DNA from: Nitrososphaerota archaeon
GTDB lineage: Archaea > Thermoproteota > Nitrososphaeria > Nitrososphaerales > UBA57
DNA: 13,385 nt
Direction of reading: 5' to 3'
Assembly: GCA_013378385.1 (NCBI GenBank)
Contig: JACAFS010000028.1
Coordinates: 1 to 13,385, forward strand
Positions 6,196 to 12,735 of the stretch are shown one piece after another (position 1 is the first letter of the stretch; every line of letters begins with the position of its first letter). Below the pieces are notes generated by a model. That model had not been told where the DNA came from. It searched no databases and worked only from the letters and a program-made list of their open reading frames with translations. A program made the translations under genes and the position numbers.

Positions 6196-7170
6196 ATGAT
6201 GACCGATAATATTAATTCACTTTCTGATATTACAAAAATGTCTGAAGATATCCGTTCTGAGGTCAATAAGTCAATTGTCGGTCTCACTAATCATATTGAT
6301 ACTCTTACCTTGTCTCTATTGACAGGTGGACATGTCTTACTTGAGGGATTACCTGGTACTGCGAAAACATTTTTGGCCGTATCCTTTTCAAATACATTGT
6401 CCCTTGAGAACAATCGTATTCAATCCACTCCTGATATGATGCCTGGTGATGTAACGGGCACTAGAATTTACAACCCTAAAACTCTTGAATTCGATTTTCA
6501 CGCAGGACCTATATTTGCTAATATGGTTATTGTCGACGAAATTAATCGTGCTCCTCCTCGAACACAAGCTGCTTTTCTTGAAGCAATGCAAGAAGGGCAA
6601 GTTACTGTTGATGGAGAAACATCAATATTAGACCAACCATTTATGGTTCTTGCAACTAAAAATCCCCTTGAATACGAAGGAACTTTTCCATTATCTCCAA
6701 CACAATTGGATCGTTTTATGTTCCGTATTAATCTTAATTACCCAACTCTGGACGAAGAGATCGAAATTCTTCGTAATAAAACTAAATCTTTAGATTCTTC
6801 TAGTCGGATAATCTCTAAAGATCAAATTCTCCAGGCTCGAAAATTCCTTATTGATAATATGTCAGTTGACGATGGAATTTCTGAATATATTTCCAGCATC
6901 GTTCAATCTACAAGAACACAAGAAGGTATAATTATTGGAGCAAGCCCTACTGCTGCTGTATCCCTCCTCAATGCATCAAGAGGTCATGCAGCAATAATTC
7001 GAGGAAGTGACAAGGTTACTACCGAAGATGTAAAGGCCGTTGCATACGATGTTCTTAACCATCGTTTATTGATAAAACAATCTGATATTGCCGATTCAGG
7101 CACTGATGCCGAATCAAGTAATACTGCAGAAAAAATTATTACTGATATCATTCAATCTGGAGGCACCTAA
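6196..7170 (+). CDS. moxR: MoxR-family AAA+ ATPase, paralog 2
   Basis: Walker A is GLPGTAKT and Walker B is VIVDEINRA. Other motifs are LATKNP, TQLDRF and RIQSTPDMMPGDVTG. The lid motif is GASPTAA. The gene starts 3 nt after the paralog 1 stop. Confidence 0.9.
   Translation: MMTDNINSLSDITKMSEDIRSEVNKSIVGLTNHIDTLTLSLLTGGHVLLEGLPGTAKTFLAVSFSNTLSLENNRIQSTPDMMPGDVTGTRIYNPKTLEFDFHAGPIFANMVIVDEINRAPPRTQAAFLEAMQEGQVTVDGETSILDQPFMVLATKNPLEYEGTFPLSPTQLDRFMFRINLNYPTLDEEIEILRNKTKSLDSSSRIISKDQILQARKFLIDNMSVDDGISEYISSIVQSTRTQEGIIIGASPTAAVSLLNASRGHAAIIRGSDKVTTEDVKAVAYDVLNHRLLIKQSDIADSGTDAESSNTAEKIITDIIQSGGT
6937..7068 (+). repeat. Near-identical nucleotide tract shared with paralog 1 (copy B)
   Basis: See copy A. 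Both differences in the 105-nt core are nonsynonymous (tat/cat Y/H and ttc/tac F/Y). Confidence 0.85.
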
Positions 7171-7172
7171 TT

Positions 7173-8156
7173 ATGATTAACTCTTTGAAATCTACTGACG
7201 ACATTAAAAATCTTAGAGATTCACTCAAGACGGAGATTGGAAAACATGTTGTAGGACTTGATAATATTGTTGATTCATTAATAATCTCAATACTTGTTGG
7301 AGGCCATGTTCTTATCGAGGGATTTCCTGGCACAGGTAAGACCTTAATGGCTAATTTATTCAGTAAATCTATAGAATCTACTTCGAATAGAATTCAATCT
7401 ACTTCTGACCTAATGCCATCTGATATAACCGGTACTCGTATTTACAATCCTAAAGAACGAGAATTTGAATTCCGTTCCGGTCCTATATTCTCTAATTTTG
7501 TTATTGTCGACGAAATTAATCGTGCTCCTCCTAAGTCACAATCCGCTTTATTGGAATGTATGCAAGAAAGACAAGTTAGTGTTGAAGGCATGACTAGAAA
7601 AATGGACGAACCATTTATTGTTCTTGCAACTAAAAATTCTATCGAACTAGAAGGCACTTATCCTCTTCCAGAAGCACAATTAGATAGATTCTTATTCAGA
7701 TTAATTATTGATTATCCTGATGCAGCAAGTGAGGCAGAAATAATCAGACGTAAGATTGGTCCATCTGTTGAACTACATCCTATAGTTTCAAAACAAGCAA
7801 TTCTTGAAGGAAAAGATATGATTCATACAGGTATTAATGCAGAGAAAAACGTTCTCGAGTATATTTCTTCAATAGTTCAAAACACTTCAAATATTCCTAA
7901 AGTCACTCTTGGCGCAAGTCCACGTGCATCTGTCGCTTTATTGTACGCATCTAAAGGCTATGCAGCTGTTACTGAAGGTCGTTCATATGTAATTCCTGAC
8001 GATGTCAAAGCTGTCGCATTTGATGTACTTAATCATCGATTAATCTTACAACAGAATGCACTTCTTGATCTAGATGACGGTGATAGTAATTCTGCTACCG
8101 AATATCTGAGAAAATTAATCAAGGGCTGTATAGACGAAGTAATTGTTCCAGTTTGA
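7173..8156 (+). CDS. moxR: MoxR-family AAA+ ATPase, paralog 3 (most canonical motifs)
   Basis: Walker A is the canonical GFPGTGKT and Walker B is VIVDEINRA. Other motifs are LATKNS, the canonical LPEAQLDRF, and the lid motif GASPRAS followed by EGRSYVIPDDVKAVA, which matches the family consensus GRdyV.PdDV. GGAGG lies at 7159..7163, 9 nt upstream of the ATG. Confidence 0.9.
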   Translation: MINSLKSTDDIKNLRDSLKTEIGKHVVGLDNIVDSLIISILVGGHVLIEGFPGTGKTLMANLFSKSIESTSNRIQSTSDLMPSDITGTRIYNPKEREFEFRSGPIFSNFVIVDEINRAPPKSQSALLECMQERQVSVEGMTRKMDEPFIVLATKNSIELEGTYPLPEAQLDRFLFRLIIDYPDAASEAEIIRRKIGPSVELHPIVSKQAILEGKDMIHTGINAEKNVLEYISSIVQNTSNIPKVTLGASPRASVALLYASKGYAAVTEGRSYVIPDDVKAVAFDVLNHRLILQQNALLDLDDGDSNSATEYLRKLIKGCIDEVIVPV

Positions 8157-8162
8157 TTTAAT

Positions 8163-9395
8163 ATGAAGAAACATATTCGACTTCTTATTGGTTTCTTTGG
8201 ATTGATGACTATGTGTAGTCTGGCTTTATTGCCTAATGCTACTCTTGCTATGCTTTCTGTTATGCTTGCTTTGTGCATTAATCTTGTTTTGTTCAAATAC
8301 CTAAAACCATCAAACAATTTCGAGGTTACACGTGTTTTTGATAAATACCAAGTAATGCCTCCTGCTGATATTAATGCTTCATTGGAAATGAAATATAATG
8401 GTAGATTCCCTGCAAACGCATCTGTTGAATTTGATTGTCAAAGTTTAGGTCTAAATATTAACACCGGTACTGTTGTTTTCCAACCTGGTCAAAAATACGA
8501 CATCTCAAAAACTTTTGTCGCAGATCGCCGTGGCGTTCATAAAATCTCAGCCACTAAAGTTGTTGTTAAAGACTGGCTGTTATTATCTGGAATTACTATT
8601 ACATCTAACGACGAAGCAGAAATTCTTGTACTTCCTCACATTTATCCATTCGAAACATCTCCTCAAACATCTGCCGCCGGATTATTGGGAGTTTCATCAG
8701 CAGTTAAACAAGGTAGAAGTAGTGAAGTTTGGGGCATTCGTGATTACCAACCTGGAGATGATTTTAAAATTATTTCATGGAAAGCTATGGCTAAATCTCC
8801 TGATCATAAACCCAAGTCGAAGATTACTGCTGGAGAAGAGGGACAGGCAATTACAATTGTTACTGATATAGGCAAAGACAGCGAACTTCCTAACGGAGAC
8901 CAAATTTCGCTTGATATATCTGCAGATCTTGCAGCATCTTTATCTTATAATTTCATTAAACGTGGAACTCGAACTGGCTTGGTATTGTTTGATACTCGTA
9001 CTCGAGCTGTCTTAAAACCGGCACGTGGCGAAACTCATGTCGATTCATTATTGCGTAATCTTGCAAAAGTACAACCTTCTCAAGATAAGTTCCTTATTAC
9101 AAGTTTTACAAATTCTTATCTAGAACTCTCTGCTTCTGAATTCGGAAATAGTTTCATTCTAATTCTTACTCGTACTGATGATAGATTGATTGAATCATAT
9201 CTGTCAAAGCTGAAATCTAGCCGTGATCTAATTATCATACTGATCTATAACGAAGATAATTATGAGAGGGCACAACAAATACAAAAAACAGTCGAAGAAA
9301 ATGGTGTTCAAATGATTCTTACAAATCATAGTTCTGTACTAGACACAATGAAAAAAATGGAGGAGTGGTCATATGCTACCGTTAAGAGAACTTAG
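8163..9395 (+). CDS. DUF58-family protein (N-terminal TM hairpin, beta-sandwich, degenerate VWA-like C-terminal domain)
   Basis: Two N-terminal hydrophobic helices are present (LLIGFFGLMTMCSLALL and ATLAMLSVMLALCINLVLF). The family signature is EVWGIRDYQPGDDFKIISWKAMAKS, matching (E/D)f.G.R.Y.pGD..r.I.WKa.Ar. The following ITIVTDIGKDS sits where VWA domains carry the DxSxS MIDAS motif, so the site looks degenerate. Position directly after moxR is the canonical arrangement. Confidence 0.85.
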   Translation: MKKHIRLLIGFFGLMTMCSLALLPNATLAMLSVMLALCINLVLFKYLKPSNNFEVTRVFDKYQVMPPADINASLEMKYNGRFPANASVEFDCQSLGLNINTGTVVFQPGQKYDISKTFVADRRGVHKISATKVVVKDWLLLSGITITSNDEAEILVLPHIYPFETSPQTSAAGLLGVSSAVKQGRSSEVWGIRDYQPGDDFKIISWKAMAKSPDHKPKSKITAGEEGQAITIVTDIGKDSELPNGDQISLDISADLAASLSYNFIKRGTRTGLVLFDTRTRAVLKPARGETHVDSLLRNLAKVQPSQDKFLITSFTNSYLELSASEFGNSFILILTRTDDRLIESYLSKLKSSRDLIIILIYNEDNYERAQQIQKTVEENGVQMILTNHSSVLDTMKKMEEWSYATVKRT

Positions 9396-10212
9396 AACAT
9401 ATATTTCTGCACTTTCCATTGCTCCAATCGCTGTAATGATTGCTAATCCTGTCGTACTGAATGCATTTGTATCTTATTTGTCATCTATTGCCTTCTTCAG
9501 CGCATTCGGATTAATCGCTGTATACCTTATGCTTAAACAAATAGGTTTCATCAAATCATTAGGTGCAAATCAACAAGTTTTCTTTGAAAGTTTACTTTTG
9601 GTACTTCCGATTATCATCCCTATGTTTACCGTTCTAACTACTCAAAATCCTGCAGATTTCATCGCTGCATTTCTTGCTTATTTGGTAATAGGAACTGTTG
9701 TTTCTCTTTCTCGTGTTGTTGTTGGAGCTGGTGTCGGGGCATTTGGTAAAGTTCTCTACTTCTTTTTTGCATACATGATGGCATTGATGGTTTATGCAGG
9801 TTGCGTTGCAGGAGCTATTACTGGCGAAACATTCTCCTTATTATTAGCATTCGATCAAATTGCAGGAATAGCAACTTATCTTGGTTATGAAGGACATCCT
9901 ATCGAACTTCCTCTTATTGAATATGTAAGGCTAGGAATGGCATTTGCCATCCCGGGTATTACTTTCTCTGCATTAGCAGCACAAGTGAGATTGTCAGAAG
10001 TTCGTGATAATCCTGGGGCAGAATCAAAAATGGTAAGCTCCTTGCGATCATCTGTAGCACTTCTTACTTTAGGCAGTGCCATATTATTACTTCCAGTTTA
10101 CTTAATTTCTATCGCGATAGTGAATTTCGCTCCATATCTTGTAACAATAATTCCTCCTGTTCTTGTAATGGGATTCATTCTACTTGTATTATATTTCGTG
10201 GAGAGGGACTAA
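9373..10212 (+). CDS. Polytopic integral membrane protein (about 7-8 predicted TM helices), unknown family
   Basis: 279 aa, almost entirely hydrophobic segments separated by short loops. A strong Shine-Dalgarno GGAGGAG lies at 9359..9365, 7 nt before the ATG. The gene overlaps the DUF58 gene by 23 nt. Confidence 0.7.
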   Translation: MLPLRELRTYISALSIAPIAVMIANPVVLNAFVSYLSSIAFFSAFGLIAVYLMLKQIGFIKSLGANQQVFFESLLLVLPIIIPMFTVLTTQNPADFIAAFLAYLVIGTVVSLSRVVVGAGVGAFGKVLYFFFAYMMALMVYAGCVAGAITGETFSLLLAFDQIAGIATYLGYEGHPIELPLIEYVRLGMAFAIPGITFSALAAQVRLSEVRDNPGAESKMVSSLRSSVALLTLGSAILLLPVYLISIAIVNFAPYLVTIIPPVLVMGFILLVLYFVERD

Positions 10213-10213
10213 A

Positions 10214-12247
10214 TTGCGTTCATCAATTATTATTCTCTTGTTATTTGTTTCGACTATTGTATTGTTACCTGTATCATTTTCTCAGGTTGACGATCGTGTA
10301 TGTCCTGCATCTGCCGCTTGTGAAGAACCTTTTGACCCCTCTCAATTGACGAATATGATGCCTGATTTCGCTAATCTTGGTTTTAACGAAGAAAGTATGT
10401 CTATTCCAGCTTCTGGAAGTACTATCGTAGTAGGTCCTGGTGAAGAATTATTTATTCTTGCTGAAAAACAAATAATTATTACATTGGGAGAACCTGGCGA
10501 AGATTTAATGTTCCGTGGAATTGTTCCAGGTCGTCGAATTAATCAATTGGAGTTGCCCGTAGTTGGCGTTGGAGAAACTATGTTGGTTGAATTAACAATG
10601 TTGGAAGTCACCGCAGACGAACTTGCAAATGCTGGTTTTCCAGCTGATAATCCTATATTTGCAGGTATTAATGCTAGAGATGATGTCGATCAGGTTGCTA
10701 ATTGTTTAAGTTTACAAAATCGTATTGAAGGACTCCGTAAAAATATTGGAGAGAGAAATTCAGATATTGTTGATTTACGTAATCAACCAGGCAATTTTCA
10801 AAATCAAACTATCCAAAGACTAATAATAAGAATGCAGAATGACAATGACCGAGATAGAGAACTTCTCCCCACACTTGATGCACAATTTGAAATTCTTCAG
10901 TGTGAACGCGTTCCTAGAGATGAACAGGAAAGACCTGAAGCAAGACCAACAGACCTATCTGAAGAATCATTTCAACGATCACATATATTAGTTGTAGGGG
11001 AAGGCAGTCCTTCTGGATTTATCCCCAATTATCAATTGACTGGCAGTAATCTATTCATGGAAAAATCTGAAACCCTCGAATTAGCAATCCTTGAACCGAC
11101 TGATGGCTTTCATATTATAAGTGGCTCATATGGCGCTATTGAATATCCTAGTGTTATTTCTCCTGGATCTGAATATATAATTAGATACAATAATACCGTT
11201 GAAGATTTTGATCCATCTGGCGAAAGTATTGAATTTGTTCTTGAAACTACAAGAAAGTTGAGAATCGATTCTCATACTGCAGATCTTACTACTAGTATTG
11301 AGAAAAATGGAACAATTGCTTCCACTACACTTAATCTCCCTAATGCTCAAACTGGGTATTTTCAGATAAACATCCCTGAGATAGGCGAATCTGAAAACGG
11401 CGATTCACCATTACAGTATGGCCTACATTTCTTCCATATCCACTCTAATTTCGTAGGAATCGGAACTCTTGACACATATCTTCCAGTTTATGTTGTTCCA
11501 TCTGGGGAGTATAATCTTGTAGGATATTCTATGGCATCTGAACCTGATTTACGTATTAATCTTGCTGATTATGTGCCAAATGCCCCTGAACTTTTCATAA
11601 TTAGTAAATCCAATGACGTAACCACGTTTATTGAATCTCAGGAAATCAACATTCCTGTAGCTGTTATCTCTGTATCTGATAATCTTGGACCAATTAATCT
11701 ATACGAAATTGTTCTCGACGCCGATTTCATTACAAGTTCTTTTGATGGAAAAATGTATGTCTTGGCCAATAGCGCCACTGATACTTTTTCAATATCTAGC
11801 CTGAAAATTTTTAATTTTATCACGACTGATTTTAATATTATTGATAGCACTGACAAAACTAAAACATACAACAATAAATTGGGATTTCCTATTAATGTAG
11901 ATCTCATGCTCGACATCAATACTATTGATATTTCTGTTTTCGATGAATTTGAACAACCATTCATTGACGGTCAAATAATTATACAAAAAGCAGATGAAGA
12001 ATTCACTGCCGACCTTTTGGATATTCCTCGATTAAAGCTTCCCGACGGAAATTATAAAATTACTCATATTGTGGAAGACGAAATAAAATCCGAGCAAGAT
12101 CTATCTATTAGTAGTTCTGGATTGATTCAATTTAATGTTAAAACATTGTTGTTGGAAGATCAAATTCTTACTATTGCAATAATTATAGAATCTATATTGA
12201 TTGCATTCTTCACATTTAGAATAATGTCAAAGTACTTTAAAGGATAA
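10214..12247 (+). CDS. Large secreted/surface protein with N-terminal signal peptide, central charged coiled-coil-like segment, beta-rich body and C-terminal TM anchor; unknown family (BatD-like topology)
   Basis: I prefer the TTG at 10214 (MRSSIIILLLFVSTIVLLPVSFSQ...). It lies 1 nt after the upstream TAA and is preceded by GGAGAGGG at 10200..10207. The track start, TTG 10184, adds 10 non-signal-like residues inside the previous gene. The C-terminus is ILTIAIIIESILIAFFTFRIM followed by SKYFKG. A charged segment runs about NRIEGLRKNIGERNSD...DEQERPEARP. Confidence 0.7.
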   Translation: MRSSIIILLLFVSTIVLLPVSFSQVDDRVCPASAACEEPFDPSQLTNMMPDFANLGFNEESMSIPASGSTIVVGPGEELFILAEKQIIITLGEPGEDLMFRGIVPGRRINQLELPVVGVGETMLVELTMLEVTADELANAGFPADNPIFAGINARDDVDQVANCLSLQNRIEGLRKNIGERNSDIVDLRNQPGNFQNQTIQRLIIRMQNDNDRDRELLPTLDAQFEILQCERVPRDEQERPEARPTDLSEESFQRSHILVVGEGSPSGFIPNYQLTGSNLFMEKSETLELAILEPTDGFHIISGSYGAIEYPSVISPGSEYIIRYNNTVEDFDPSGESIEFVLETTRKLRIDSHTADLTTSIEKNGTIASTTLNLPNAQTGYFQINIPEIGESENGDSPLQYGLHFFHIHSNFVGIGTLDTYLPVYVVPSGEYNLVGYSMASEPDLRINLADYVPNAPELFIISKSNDVTTFIESQEINIPVAVISVSDNLGPINLYEIVLDADFITSSFDGKMYVLANSATDTFSISSLKIFNFITTDFNIIDSTDKTKTYNNKLGFPINVDLMLDINTIDISVFDEFEQPFIDGQIIIQKADEEFTADLLDIPRLKLPDGNYKITHIVEDEIKSEQDLSISSSGLIQFNVKTLLLEDQILTIAIIIESILIAFFTFRIMSKYFKG

Positions 12248-12589
12248 TTATCCGATTTCTGAACCTGCGTTCATTTCATTATCAGTCTGAAGTAATGATA
12301 CTTTGTCTCCATCAATTGAAGCTAGTAGCATCCCTTGTGATTCCACTCCGAATATCTTTCTTGGTTCTAAATTTATTAAAACAATTACTGTTTTATCAAC
12401 TAAATCTTCTAACGAATAATACTTTGCAATTCCCGCAACAATCTGCCTCTCTTCATCACCGATGTCTATTTTCATTTTAATTAATTTATTAGATCCAGTT
12501 ACTGCTTCTGCATTGATTATTTTTCCAACTCTAATTTTTAGTTTAGAAAAATCATCGAAGTTAATTATATCCATGAATCTTTTTTTCAT
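12248..12589 (-). CDS. Stand-alone tRNA-binding OB-fold protein (Trbp111 / CsaA / MetRS C-terminal domain family)
   Basis: DFSKLKIRVGKIINAEAVTGSNKLIKMKIDIGDEERQIVAGIAKYYSLEDLVDKTVIVLINLEPRKIFGVESQGMLLA closely follows the Trbp111/EMAPII-type tRNA-binding domain consensus. An alternative start is Met6, at 12574. Confidence 0.85.
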   Translation of the reverse strand: MKKRFMDIINFDDFSKLKIRVGKIINAEAVTGSNKLIKMKIDIGDEERQIVAGIAKYYSLEDLVDKTVIVLINLEPRKIFGVESQGMLLASIDGDKVSLLQTDNEMNAGSEIG

Positions 12590-12598
12590 CTTAGAATG

Positions 12599-12673
12599 AT
12601 ATATGTATTTTTCCGGTAAGATATTTGTTAAATTTATGTATATTCTGCTTCCGGTGCAGTAAAATACATATAT
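12599..12673. repeat. Perfect 13-bp inverted repeat (atatatgtatttt at 12599..12611 and aaaatacatatat at 12661..12673) in a divergent promoter region
   Basis: Read directly: the right arm is the exact reverse complement of the left arm, with a 49-nt spacer. Each arm is itself BRE/TATA-like when read as AAAATACATATAT. TTCCGGT direct repeats at 12611..12617 and 12649..12655 lie between the arms. Confidence 0.8.
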
Positions 12674-12706
12674 GAAAACGAATTATGTGAAATATTTTAA
12701 AATGCA

Positions 12707-12713
12707 TTATATA
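12707..12713 (+). promoter_or_regulatory. TATA-box candidate (TTATATA) for the PQQ-type dehydrogenase gene
   Basis: It is centred about 26 nt upstream of the ATG at 12736. That is the classical archaeal TATA-to-TSS distance and implies a leaderless or near-leaderless mRNA. The element is preceded by A-rich aaaatgc (BRE-like). Confidence 0.4.
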
Positions 12714-12735
12714 GTATGATTGTACTAAGATTTCC

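Noticed and set aside
5221-8156. Possibility that the three moxR copies are an assembly or collapsed-repeat artefact, or a very recent tandem duplication
   Set aside because: The copies differ at roughly 40-50 percent of residues and in their N- and C-terminal tails. Only short tracts are near-identical. This is an old triplication with local homogenisation, not an artefact.
6388-8317. Four minus-strand ORFs (6388..6600, 7148..7333, 7442..7657, 8033..8317) antisense to the moxR genes and the DUF58 start
   Set aside because: All are antisense to ORFs carrying complete Walker A/B, Arg-finger or DUF58 motifs. None has recognisable motifs or start signals.
8473-8871. 132-aa plus-strand ORF in an alternative frame inside the DUF58 gene
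   Set aside because: It is Leu/Lys-rich and low in complexity. The DUF58 frame carries the family signature (WGIRDYQPGDDFKIISWKA) across the same bases. There is no evidence for overlapping coding.
4024-12247. Search for a transglutaminase Cys-His-Asp core or canonical VWA MIDAS (DxSxS) in the accessory proteins
   Set aside because: No Cys sits in a TGase-like context: the Cys contexts are ACEL, NCEL, CPASAAC, VANC, LQCE and AGCVAG. No DxSxS motif sits in a beta-alpha-beta context either. I therefore did not call TgpA or BatA/B. A profile search could still reveal a very divergent core.
9885-12480. Short antisense ORFs 9885..10082, 11126..11350, 11638..11964, 11789..11986 (minus) and 12295..12480 (plus)
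   Set aside because: Each is embedded in a much longer ORF that has either homology or clear membrane/secretion features. They are typical AT-rich shadow frames.
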